This document shows positions 46,022 to 55,064 of a DNA stretch of 60,933 nucleotides, one piece after another. A model generated the notes under the pieces. It had not been told where the DNA came from. It did not search any database and saw only the letters and a program-made list of their open reading frames with translations. Each line of letters starts with the position of its first letter. The first letter of the stretch is position 1. A program made the translations under genes and the position numbers. This DNA is from a virus (Duplodnaviria > Caudoviricetes), in the IMG/VR virus record IMGVR_UViG_3300037114_000075, positions 1 through 60,933 of that record; one strand, 5' to 3'.

Positions 46022-49000
46022 CCAAGGCATTCCTCAGAGCTTTTCGCACGATATGTGTCGGGGCAATGTTGCTTCTGCCGGCTTTGGCTCACGCTCAATC
46101 GGCTTGCTCGTATATCGCCTATGGCGCGGTGCTGACGGCGGCGCAGTGGAATTCCTGCTTTACGGCGAAGCAGGATTATCTCGGCTTCACTCCGCTCAAT
46201 CCGGCCAATTTGATTGGCGTCGCGCCGATCACTGCGACGTCATCTGGCGGAGATCTTTACATCGGGCTGAATTACGGCGGCGGCCTCGGCCTAGTCGGCA
46301 GCGCGCTCAACCTGCTGCCGGCACAGGCCGGCACGCTTGGCGGCATCTTATCGGTCACCAATCCGCCATCGCAATTCTCGACCGGGCCGAACATCGAGGC
46401 GGCGTCCGGTATTCCCATCGGCTGGCCTACCGGCGGGAATTATGCGCCGTACACGAGCTTTAATGTTCAACCCGGGTTCAATCAATTCCTCACCGGGGTC
46501 AACACTTCCGGCCGGCCAATCTCGCGCGGGATTACAACCCTCGCGCCGTCGGTGCTCGGGACGATCACCCCTGGGATGCCCTACGGCGATATGCCGTGCT
46601 GCATGTGGTTTCCCCATTACATCGGCGTCGTGGGTGATGATCTGAACGGCGGCGATCCGACACTTTCGCTCACCAGTCAGCTCATTTCGCAATCTAAAAA
46701 CACGCGCAATTGGTTCATATATAACAATCAAGGTACGCTTCTATTTGCCACTAACGCCGATGCGTTCGAGAGCCCATACGGGAACGATACTGTTGCTGGC
46801 TATACAGCACTTTCTTTTCCCCGAACGAGCCTGTTCCCGCTTTATGCGTCTTTCGGCGAGCCTCTGATTGTATCTTCGGTCCCGGCAAATGGCTGGTTTC
46901 TTTTTGACGCGCTGCCAAATAACGGCGATGTCGCCGGTGTGAACGGGACCAATGTCACCTTCACAAGCGGAACCCCGACCGGCAACGAAGTCGCGATCTC
47001 CCAAGGAACGGCTCAATTCACCGGCAGCATTTCCTTGGCTTCCACTACGTTTCAGGCGACGATCTCCAGAAGCTTGATGATCTTGACTGGGCCTTGCGTC
47101 GGAGGCCCGATAATCAATCGTGCCGTCATAGCTGGCACGGGCATCGTGGCTGGGCCGCACACGCCCGCGCCGAACATGGGGCTCACCGCGAGCCCGGTGG
47201 TCAACGGCCTCGTTTCGGGCACGGCATGCGAGCCCGGCGCCACCTATGCGATTTCCGAGAACGAGACCGTAGCGACGCCGGAAACGGTCACGCAAACCTA
47301 CGGCGTGCTGAACGTCCCGACAAATCCGGGGACGATCAATGTCGGGGATATTCTAACCGATCAATCCGCCGACATTCCGCTGCTCACCACGATCATGGCG
47401 CAGGAGGATGCGAACGATTACTACGTCAACAATTCGACGCCGGTTTCCAGCGAGGCGATGTACTCCAACGCCGTGCAACTGACGCTCGCGAACCTCGACA
47501 TATTTCTGCAAGGCTCGGCCGACACGAACATCGACAAGGGCGTCTACAACAAGGACGGCGCCGATGAAGAAATTATAAAGTATTACAAAACCGGCACGCT
47601 TGGAAATGCTTTTACGCTTTCCACCACCAGTTCCAATATCACTCCATCTGGCGCGACGCTCGCCGGGGGAGGCGCCCAAGGGAACATATTCCAAGGAGAC
47701 ATGAGCCTCCAGACCTACCAAGACGGGACGGGGGGTGTGTTCAGCGCACCCCAAGTGGACGCAACAGCTGGCTCAACCCTTTACGGGGCAACAATCGGCG
47801 CGGCTGGTTTGGTGGCGACTACAGCTATTTCATACTTCGGCGATACCAGGATTCAGAACATCGGCACGGACTACCCGCATATAAACTTTCTTAATCTCAA
47901 CGCGACGGCTGGCGACCAATACGGAAACGAGCAACTTGATTTAAGCGGCACCCTTCACATAGCAGCCGGGGCCTATGGAAGCTCATCGGACTGGCTGACC
48001 ATGACGCAGACGACGGGCGTAGCGACGCAGATCAACGCGCTCGTGCCGACGATCATAAATCTGACCGGCGCGGCTCTGTCGGCTAAGCAAACCGGAACGG
48101 CGCTTCAGATCGCTGGGGCAAACGGCGTCACGACGCGCGTCGAGTTGGATGGATTCGGGACCGGGGCCACGGCTGGCGCGCCACGCTATACCTGCGTTCG
48201 GGGTGATGGCACAGGCGCGTCACCTACGGCAGTGCAGTCTGGCGACGAGATCTGTTCGCTCAATACATTTGCATATTACGGTGCCGGAACCTCCGCCGGA
48301 CCTGCGGCTGCGTTTCGCACATATGCTGCGCAGAACTGGGGCACTGGGGCTTACGGAACCTACTCAGATATTGCCACGACGCCGATTGGCAGCACCACAC
48401 TCACGTCGGTAATCCGGTTTGAGAATGACGGCGGAATCGATTGCACGGGCGTCACCGGCGGCGACAAAGGGCCGGGCTCGATCAATTGCGACGCGATTTA
48501 TGTCAACGGCGTCCCGGTCATCACGTCCGCGCCATACCTGCCGCTTGCCGGCGGCACGATGGCCGGCCCGATCGCCATGGCCGGCTACAACATCACGGGC
48601 ATAGGGGCGCTGTCGCTCTCGGGACAAATCACCTCCACCGAAACAACCGGCACGGCCCCGTTCGTCGTCGCCTCGACCACGCAAGTCGCCAATCTCAATG
48701 CGTCGCAATTGATCGGCGCGAATTGGGCATCGCCCGGCGCAATCGGGGGCACCACACCGGCTGCTGGTGCGTTTACCACGCTCGCGGCCAACGAGCTGAA
48801 TTTGCCGACCACATCATCCTCGACGGTGGGTGTGCTCAATATCAACGGGGCACCCTTCATTCAAGCCTACGGAACGAACAATGCGTTCTTCGGCGGATCT
48901 GGCAATTTCACGCTAACGGGAGTCGCGAATACCGGGATCGGTAATGGCGCCTCGCCCGGGCTCACGAGCGGTAGCAACAATGTTGCAGTTGGAAAGAATG

Positions 49001-50082
49001 CGCTGCTCTCGGACACAATCGGCGGCGACAACATGGCGCTGGGCTACGGCGCTTTGGATAACAATGTCTCAGGAAACTACAATGTAGCGGAAGGCTACAG
49101 CGCGGAAGTCTCTGCAACCGGCAGCGAAGACACTGGCATAGGTGGTCAGATTTTCCCGAATCTCACTGGGGGTTCGTTCAATACCGCCATCGGCTACGAT
49201 GCCGGCCAAGGCATCACGAGCGGCAACGATGACACGATCATCGGCGCGGCGATCAATCTCGGCGGCAACTATTCCAGCATAATCGCGATCGGCACCGGTG
49301 ACGGAACGGTACGAGCCGATTTCGGCTTTACCAATTCCGGCAAATGGACGCTGACCGGCGGCCTTGTCGTCCCGGCTCTGACGACGGCGGGCCTCGCCAC
49401 GGTGACCTCGGCCGGCCTGTTCGGCAGCGAGGCCAGCGCGACCGTTCCGCAAGGCGGTACCGGCCTCGCAACGCTCACCGCAAACACGATCTACAAGGGC
49501 AACGGCACCAGCGCGCTGGCGGTTTCGTCGATCACCGATAACGGGACGGTTGTGGCCACGGCGGAGAACGTCACCTTCTCCGGGTTGGCGACAAGCGGGA
49601 CAATAGCCGGGGCGCTCTGCGCCACCTCAGGAGGATCGGTCCTTTACGAAACTGGCGGCTGCGGGCTTGGCACTGGATTCACAACAGCTGGGACAGGGTT
49701 GGCGGCGGCCGGGGCCACGATCAATTCCAACGGGGTTGCGTTCGTTTCGTTCCAGCCGGGCTTGATGACCGCCGTCTCGGGGAATATCGCCGGGTTCCAT
49801 AAGTTCTCGAAAGCCTCCACCGTCGATAATATCGAAGGCTCTGCGCAGCAATTCAGTTGCACCGTCAATCCGACGATCACTATGTATGAGTGCGGCACCA
49901 GCGCTACGTGCACAAGTCCTACGACCATCGGCTCAGCCACCTTGACGGCGACTTCGACAAGGACTGACGGAACGATATCAAGCGCTTCCATCGCGGCAGG
50001 CGATTCGATCGCCTTCGCAATCACCGCTGGAACTTGCGTCACGCTCGATGCGAGCTTAACCGCGCAAGTCCATTCGAACTAG
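46018..50082 (+). CDS. Long tail fibre/adhesin with Sec-type signal peptide
   Basis: MTKAFLRAFRTICVGAMLLLPALAHA|Q; YLPLAGGTM; N-x-A-x-G adhesin-like repeats. Confidence 0.85.
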   Translation: MTKAFLRAFRTICVGAMLLLPALAHAQSACSYIAYGAVLTAAQWNSCFTAKQDYLGFTPLNPANLIGVAPITATSSGGDLYIGLNYGGGLGLVGSALNLLPAQAGTLGGILSVTNPPSQFSTGPNIEAASGIPIGWPTGGNYAPYTSFNVQPGFNQFLTGVNTSGRPISRGITTLAPSVLGTITPGMPYGDMPCCMWFPHYIGVVGDDLNGGDPTLSLTSQLISQSKNTRNWFIYNNQGTLLFATNADAFESPYGNDTVAGYTALSFPRTSLFPLYASFGEPLIVSSVPANGWFLFDALPNNGDVAGVNGTNVTFTSGTPTGNEVAISQGTAQFTGSISLASTTFQATISRSLMILTGPCVGGPIINRAVIAGTGIVAGPHTPAPNMGLTASPVVNGLVSGTACEPGATYAISENETVATPETVTQTYGVLNVPTNPGTINVGDILTDQSADIPLLTTIMAQEDANDYYVNNSTPVSSEAMYSNAVQLTLANLDIFLQGSADTNIDKGVYNKDGADEEIIKYYKTGTLGNAFTLSTTSSNITPSGATLAGGGAQGNIFQGDMSLQTYQDGTGGVFSAPQVDATAGSTLYGATIGAAGLVATTAISYFGDTRIQNIGTDYPHINFLNLNATAGDQYGNEQLDLSGTLHIAAGAYGSSSDWLTMTQTTGVATQINALVPTIINLTGAALSAKQTGTALQIAGANGVTTRVELDGFGTGATAGAPRYTCVRGDGTGASPTAVQSGDEICSLNTFAYYGAGTSAGPAAAFRTYAAQNWGTGAYGTYSDIATTPIGSTTLTSVIRFENDGGIDCTGVTGGDKGPGSINCDAIYVNGVPVITSAPYLPLAGGTMAGPIAMAGYNITGIGALSLSGQITSTETTGTAPFVVASTTQVANLNASQLIGANWASPGAIGGTTPAAGAFTTLAANELNLPTTSSSTVGVLNINGAPFIQAYGTNNAFFGGSGNFTLTGVANTGIGNGASPGLTSGSNNVAVGKNALLSDTIGGDNMALGYGALDNNVSGNYNVAEGYSAEVSATGSEDTGIGGQIFPNLTGGSFNTAIGYDAGQGITSGNDDTIIGAAINLGGNYSSIIAIGTGDGTVRADFGFTNSGKWTLTGGLVVPALTTAGLATVTSAGLFGSEASATVPQGGTGLATLTANTIYKGNGTSALAVSSITDNGTVVATAENVTFSGLATSGTIAGALCATSGGSVLYETGGCGLGTGFTTAGTGLAAAGATINSNGVAFVSFQPGLMTAVSGNIAGFHKFSKASTVDNIEGSAQQFSCTVNPTITMYECGTSATCTSPTTIGSATLTATSTRTDGTISSASIAAGDSIAFAITAGTCVTLDASLTAQVHSN

Positions 50083-50096
50083 CCGGCACAGGGGGC

Positions 50097-50147
50097 TTTA
50101 CAATTGCGGTTAGAACGCATATAGACGCATTGCGTTTCAACCGCAAT
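50097..50147 (+). promoter_or_regulatory. Promoter overlapped by a long inverted repeat
   Basis: TTTACA-17-TATAGA; ATTGCGGTT (50103-50111) / AACCGCAAT (50139-50147). Confidence 0.65.
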
Positions 50148-50163
50148 GAAGGAAATCGTCCAT

Positions 50164-50709
50164 ATGAAAATCGCACCCTTGCTCGGCGCATGCGTCGTCG
50201 CCGGCGTCGGCCTTGCGCCCGTTCCGAGTTTCGCTCAAACCGACGATAAGGCAGCTGGACCGCCGCCGACTGCGGTCGCGGATTCTTCCGCCGCCAGCGG
50301 CACCGTGACCGTGAAAATGTCCATCAACCAGGTCATCGGGCTTCAAAAGGCGATCTCCGGGCTCGACTCCTATACGGATACCGATGCGACCGGAAAGCCG
50401 GTGACCAAACGCTACATGTTCAGCGTTCCGACACGCATCATCCTTGCGCAAGATTCTGCGGCCCTGAATCTCATATCGAGCGCCGTGCAGGCTCAACAGA
50501 CCACGTTGCTGAGCGACATTTCCGGCGGCGCCGGTTACCTGAAGCCTGGATCGCCGGAGACCGCGAAATTCAATCTTGAGTCCCTCAAGCTCGGCGAACA
50601 GCAGGAACCCGTCGAACTCGACACGCTGACGGAGGCGGATCTCGGTCTCGAACGCAATCCAATCCCGACAGGCGTGCTCGCCGCGCTGACGCCGATCATC
50701 GCAAAATGA
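50164..50709 (+). CDS. Post-fibre helical protein (possible fibre chaperone) with Sec-type signal peptide
   Basis: MKIAPLLGACVVAGVGLAPVPSFA|Q; C-terminal VEL..L...DL..IP..VLAAL.PII. Confidence 0.7.
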   Translation: MKIAPLLGACVVAGVGLAPVPSFAQTDDKAAGPPPTAVADSSAASGTVTVKMSINQVIGLQKAISGLDSYTDTDATGKPVTKRYMFSVPTRIILAQDSAALNLISSAVQAQQTTLLSDISGGAGYLKPGSPETAKFNLESLKLGEQQEPVELDTLTEADLGLERNPIPTGVLAALTPIIAK

Positions 50710-50990
50710 AAAAGCCTCGCCGTGCCAGACCGATGACACACAGGGAATTTACGCTTTGGAGAAAGCGCGAATTCCCGTCTCGGTTGGCCTGCGCCACGGC
50801 GATGGGGTGGGGCCGCGACAAGGTTGATGCGCTCGAGACCGGGAAGACGCGCGGCGGCACGCGGTGTTCAATCCGCACCGCAGATGCGCTGGCCTGCGCG
50901 GCATGGACCGTCGGCATCCGCGAATTTCATGGCGAGACGGATGAATCTATGTGGTTTCCAAAACCTTCCGCCGATGCTAGCCGCGTTTGA
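50706..50990 (+). CDS. XRE-like HTH protein
   Basis: F..WRK..SRLACATAMGWGRDKVDALETG..ALACAA. Confidence 0.65.
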   Translation: MKKPRRARPMTHREFTLWRKREFPSRLACATAMGWGRDKVDALETGKTRGGTRCSIRTADALACAAWTVGIREFHGETDESMWFPKPSADASRV

Positions 50991-51019
50991 ACTTTGGGGA
51001 AACCGATGAGCGAAATGAT
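50979..51019. repeat. 41-bp repeat, copy 2
   Basis: 39/41 identical to 20173-20213. Confidence 0.9.
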
Positions 51020-51251
51020 TCAACGTGCAGCTCGGGCGATAGAGGCAGAGGATGTTGATAATGGACCATTCTTTGCGATCGACGAAGAAGAGGCTGAGAG
51101 ATTTGCATATGTGGTCATCTCCGCTATGCGGGAGCCGACCGAGGCAATGAAAAAAGCCTTTTACTCCTCTTGCGACGATCATGGGCAAGTGCTGTGGAAA
51201 TATGGCTGGCGCGCTCTGATTGATGCTGCCTTGGGCGTCGATACCAAATGA
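51006..51251 (+). CDS. Hypothetical protein, partial paralog of 20200
   Basis: MSEMIQRAARAI..AMREPTEAM..W..LIDAAL. Confidence 0.7.
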   Translation: MSEMIQRAARAIEAEDVDNGPFFAIDEEEAERFAYVVISAMREPTEAMKKAFYSSCDDHGQVLWKYGWRALIDAALGVDTK

Positions 51252-51478
51252 CGGCCCCTTGGGAGCGTCCATGCTCTGCCCCGCAGAAGGTGCTTATCGT
51301 CTTCGGCTACGTCGCCCTGCTGACGCTATGGGGCGTGCCAAAGATTCCCGCTGTGATTTTTCTCTTGGTGGCCAAGATGTTATATCTGGCCGCCGAGTCC
51401 GTGAATTCGTTCGTCGACGGGATCGGGCTCAAGGTTCTGGACTGGCTCGTCGACGAGAAACCGATCGAGGAGGAATAA
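51248..51478 (+). CDS. Small membrane protein
   Basis: Hydrophobic core; overlapping start/stop codons. Confidence 0.6.
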   Translation: MTAPWERPCSAPQKVLIVFGYVALLTLWGVPKIPAVIFLLVAKMLYLAAESVNSFVDGIGLKVLDWLVDEKPIEEE

Positions 51479-52314
51479 TGCTTTTCACCAACCGCGCTCT
51501 GGCGCGCTCAATCATCGCTGCCGCTGTGTTTCTGGCGTTCTTCGTCATGCTGTTTCCGCAGGCGCATGCGGAGGGCCGGCATCATCACGCAAGGCATACG
51601 CACTTTACGTATCCCTTTGGCCGACACTCCCGCCGCCAGGCCGAAGCGAGCCAGTCAGCCGGAATCACGGTCTTCGGCGATAGGACAATCGACGCGCCTG
51701 GAAATATCGATCCTGTGGCCCCAGCGCGGCCTCAGGGGCGGCGCGAGGCTTGGCAGCGTCCTATTGGCCACCAGCGGTTGGCGAGCCGCCTAGCGGCCTT
51801 TCCGCGCCATTACGCTCGATCTGTGGTCCAACGTGAGTCTGCCACAGCAGGTATCGCGCCGTTCGGCCGAGAGATCGATTGCTTGGCCTCCGCAGCGCCG
51901 CAGAGCGCCCGCGGCCGCGGCCGCGGCATGGGTAGCGCCCCTGGCGCTTGGAATGGTGTGGCGAGCGCCGGAAGCGATACCAGCCGAGTCCTGGCGGAAG
52001 CGGCAAAATATGCTGGCGCCGGTAATCCAACGGGGTTTCGCGGCCCGTGGTGCAAGGCGTTCGAGGTCATGATCCTTCGGCGCCTCGGCTATCATCCGTC
52101 GTCCTCGTTTCTGGCGATCGATGCGCTTCGCGACGGCGTGCGCGTTTCGACGCCCCGGCCGGGAGATATCGCCGTTATGCCCCGGCATGTGACGTTCTTT
52201 GCCGGTTGGGGCGGCCGCGGCTTCATCGGCATCGGCGGCAATCAGGCCGGCCATCGTGTGACCGAATCGACCTTCCCTGTCGGCGAAGTGATCGCGTGGA
52301 TAGAGCCGCGATGA
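51478..52314 (+). CDS. Secreted CHAP/NlpC-like peptidoglycan hydrolase
   Basis: Signal peptide ending AHA; PWC..PRPGDI..HVTF..GGNQ. Confidence 0.75.
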   Translation: MLFTNRALARSIIAAAVFLAFFVMLFPQAHAEGRHHHARHTHFTYPFGRHSRRQAEASQSAGITVFGDRTIDAPGNIDPVAPARPQGRREAWQRPIGHQRLASRLAAFPRHYARSVVQRESATAGIAPFGREIDCLASAAPQSARGRGRGMGSAPGAWNGVASAGSDTSRVLAEAAKYAGAGNPTGFRGPWCKAFEVMILRRLGYHPSSSFLAIDALRDGVRVSTPRPGDIAVMPRHVTFFAGWGGRGFIGIGGNQAGHRVTESTFPVGEVIAWIEPR

Positions 52315-53390
52315 CGGTCAGGGTTCTCAGAGGGGATTGTCGGGAAGTGCTCCGCGCGCTGCCGGATGAGTCTGTGCATTGCGCTGTGACATCCCCGCCC
52401 TATTGGGGCTTGCGGGATTATGGTTCTGCGGGGCAGATCGGGCTTGAGCAATCACCTTTCGACTATGTGGATGAGCTGGTCGGCGTCTTCCGCGAAGTCT
52501 GGCGTGTGTTGCGGCCCGACGGGACGCTTTGGCTCAATCTTGGTGATAGCTATGCCGGTAGCGGCCGCGGCGGTAATCCGACCGCCGACAGTTCGACGCT
52601 GCAAGGATCTCTGGCCTCGCAGGAAGCCTCCATGGTGCGCCGAACGCGCGGCCGCGGGGAAATAGGCGCCAGTGCTCGAGCCGCGGCCGTAACGAACGTA
52701 GGGCGCCGAGCGACCCGCGGTAGTCAGTTGGCCGCCGGCTTCCATGAGACGGCGCGGATCGCAGGCGCCGTTGGTCGCTCATGGGTTCCACCGGCGGCGG
52801 GCTTCAAGCAAAAGGACTTGATGATGATGCCCGCGCGCGTCGCCATCGCGCTTCAGGAGGACGGATGGTGGCTGCGGCAGGACATCATCTGGTCAAAGCC
52901 GAATCCTATGCCGGAAAGTGTCACTGACCGCTGCACGAAGGCGCATGAATATATGTTCCTTTTGAGCAAAAGCGAGCGGTATTATTTCGACGCTGACGCG
53001 ATTGCCGAGCCGGCGGTCAAAGCCGCAAAAGACCGACAAGACGTTTCCGAAACCAATGACCGGCGCACCCGGATCGGCTTGGCGAATTGGAACAAAGCGC
53101 AGCCTGAGACGCGGAACAAGCGTAGCGTTTGGGAATGCTCGACGCAGCCTTTCGCCGAAGCCCATTTTGCTACATTTCCACCGGCGCTAATCAGTCCTTG
53201 CATTCTCGCAGGATCTCCAGAAGGCGGCACCGTTCTTGACCCCTTCGGCGGGGCTGGCACGACCGGCCTTGTCGCTGATCGCCTTGGCCGTGACGCCATC
53301 CTGATTGAATTGAATCCAGAATACGCCGCCATGGCAGAACGGCGGATCAACTCAGATGCGGGAATGTTTGCCAAGGTGCAGGGAGTGTGA
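52311..53390 (+). CDS. DNA methyltransferase (N4C-type, beta order)
   Basis: TSPPYWGLRDY, WSKPNPMPES, HFATFP, DPFGGAGTT. Confidence 0.92.
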   Translation: MTVRVLRGDCREVLRALPDESVHCAVTSPPYWGLRDYGSAGQIGLEQSPFDYVDELVGVFREVWRVLRPDGTLWLNLGDSYAGSGRGGNPTADSSTLQGSLASQEASMVRRTRGRGEIGASARAAAVTNVGRRATRGSQLAAGFHETARIAGAVGRSWVPPAAGFKQKDLMMMPARVAIALQEDGWWLRQDIIWSKPNPMPESVTDRCTKAHEYMFLLSKSERYYFDADAIAEPAVKAAKDRQDVSETNDRRTRIGLANWNKAQPETRNKRSVWECSTQPFAEAHFATFPPALISPCILAGSPEGGTVLDPFGGAGTTGLVADRLGRDAILIELNPEYAAMAERRINSDAGMFAKVQGV

Positions 53391-53394
53391 CCCG

Positions 53395-53487
53395 ATGCGT
53401 CCCGACGATCTATTAACCTTGGGGATTCTCATTTTCGTGATTCTCGGCGCTGGCGTGCTGATGGTCTTTGCTGCGGTTTCGCTGTGA
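53395..53487 (+). CDS. 30-aa single-pass membrane peptide
   Basis: GGGAG RBS; MRPDDLLTLGILIFVILGAGVLMVFAAVSL. Confidence 0.5.
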   Translation: MRPDDLLTLGILIFVILGAGVLMVFAAVSL

Positions 53488-53597
53488 CGACCTTCCTCGC
53501 GATCATTGGCGCGCTGTGGATCGCCTCCTGGCTCTTTCGAATTGTGCTCTCCGGTGGTAATGTGATCACCTTCGTGCTGACAGGGAAGTGGTCGTGA
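53484..53597 (+). CDS. 37-aa membrane peptide ending NVITFVLTGKWS
   Basis: GTGA overlaps at both ends. Confidence 0.55.
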   Translation: MTTFLAIIGALWIASWLFRIVLSGGNVITFVLTGKWS

Positions 53598-54427
53598 CTG
53601 GTCAGAGGCTTGCAATTGATCTCTTTTGCGGCCTTGGCGGCTGGACCGAAGGGCTGCTTGCCGAAGGTTACGACGTGATCGGTTTCGATATTGAGCGGCA
53701 CGAATACGGCGATCACCGCTACCCCGGACAGCTTGTCATTCAGGACGTTCGGACGATCCACGGCTCGCAATTCAAAGCCGCCGCGCTCATCGTCGCATCG
53801 CCGCCATGTCAGGCGTACAGCTACCGCGCAATGCCGTGGAAGCGCGCCAAGGCTCTCCCGCCCCCAGACAACACACTTTTCGAGACGTGCTTCCGCATCC
53901 AGCGCGAGGCATGCGAGGCCGCTGGCAGGCATATCCCGCTGATCGTCGAGAATGTGCGCGGCGCTCAGAAATGGGTAGGACGAGCTCGTTGGAACTTCGG
54001 ATCGTTTTATCTGTGGGGCGACGTGCCAGCCCTGATGCCGCCAGTATTCAAAGCTCAGAAGTTTAACCCGGATGGCACAACTCATGGGCCAGGAAGCTGG
54101 TTTGCGATAGCAGATTCGAAAAACAGAGGCTGCAAGAACGAAGGCGGTTCGTGGTTCCAAGTCGCGCACAACACGACCAGCGGCAAAGGACAAAATCCTG
54201 ATGGACGCAAGAGCGACGGCGCTACTTGGTTTGGCGATTACGCGGCGATGAAAGAAGGCATCAAGCAACGCGGCAGCGGGCGCGATTGGTTTGCTGGAGA
54301 TGGCAAGATCAGCCGAATGACATCCTCCAAATCGCCCGCCAGAAAGATGGCCAGCGCCATGATAGCCAAAATCCCGTTGCCTCTCAGCCGTCATATCGCC
54401 GCTACCTTTGCGGGTGATCGGACATGA
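53594..54427 (+). CDS. C5-cytosine DNA methyltransferase-like protein
   Basis: DLFCGLGG, SPPCQ, ENV motifs. Confidence 0.85.
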   Translation: MTGQRLAIDLFCGLGGWTEGLLAEGYDVIGFDIERHEYGDHRYPGQLVIQDVRTIHGSQFKAAALIVASPPCQAYSYRAMPWKRAKALPPPDNTLFETCFRIQREACEAAGRHIPLIVENVRGAQKWVGRARWNFGSFYLWGDVPALMPPVFKAQKFNPDGTTHGPGSWFAIADSKNRGCKNEGGSWFQVAHNTTSGKGQNPDGRKSDGATWFGDYAAMKEGIKQRGSGRDWFAGDGKISRMTSSKSPARKMASAMIAKIPLPLSRHIAATFAGDRT

Positions 54428-54492
54428 CGCCGACCTTCCTGCACCCGCCCAAGAACGTGATCACATTCGCGCTGACGGGTAAATGGACATGA
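54424..54492 (+). CDS. 22-aa peptide ending NVITFALTGKWT
   Basis: ATGA overlaps at both ends; paralog of the 53484 C-terminus. Confidence 0.45.
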   Translation: MTPTFLHPPKNVITFALTGKWT

Positions 54493-55064
54493 ACGCGACG
54501 ATCTTCTTCGACAAGATCCGTGCTAAGCCGTTCAATGACGAGCTATCGCAAACGCAAGTGGATGGCATCAATGCCATTCTTGCCGCCTTCGACAAATTCG
54601 CCGCGCTCGTCGCTGATCCGCGCTTCCAGGCCTACATGCTGGCGACCGCGTGGTGGGAAACAGGGCGCACCATGCAGCCCGTCGCCGAGGTCGGCCAGGG
54701 TTCCGGCAAGAGCTACGGTGCGCCCGCCGGTCCCTACGGTCAGCGCTACTACGGGCGTGGATACGTACAGCTCACGTGGCTCGCCAACTACACGAAGGCG
54801 CAAAACGGGTTGGCCGAACTCGGCGTCATCTGCGATCTGGTGCGCGATCCAGACCAAGCGCTCCAGCCGGCCATGGCGGCACAAATCATGATCCTCGGGA
54901 TGGTGCAGGGCTGGTTCACGGGGCTGCGGCTCGCCGAATACTTCAATGAGACTGCCGGTTTATGGGTGCCGGCTCGACGGATCATCAATGCGCAAGACCA
55001 TGCCATCGAGATCGCACAAGCTGGACTGGATTTCGATGCGGCTCTGATCGCCGCAGCGGCATGA
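54489..55064 (+). CDS. Endolysin, GH19-like
   Basis: AYMLATAWWET, YYGRGYVQLTW..NY, ARRIIN. Confidence 0.9.
   Translation: MNATIFFDKIRAKPFNDELSQTQVDGINAILAAFDKFAALVADPRFQAYMLATAWWETGRTMQPVAEVGQGSGKSYGAPAGPYGQRYYGRGYVQLTWLANYTKAQNGLAELGVICDLVRDPDQALQPAMAAQIMILGMVQGWFTGLRLAEYFNETAGLWVPARRIINAQDHAIEIAQAGLDFDAALIAAAA

Noticed and set aside
44609-50082. Diversity-generating retroelement or invertible fibre cassette
   Set aside because: No reverse transcriptase, invertase or TR/VR repeat pair seen
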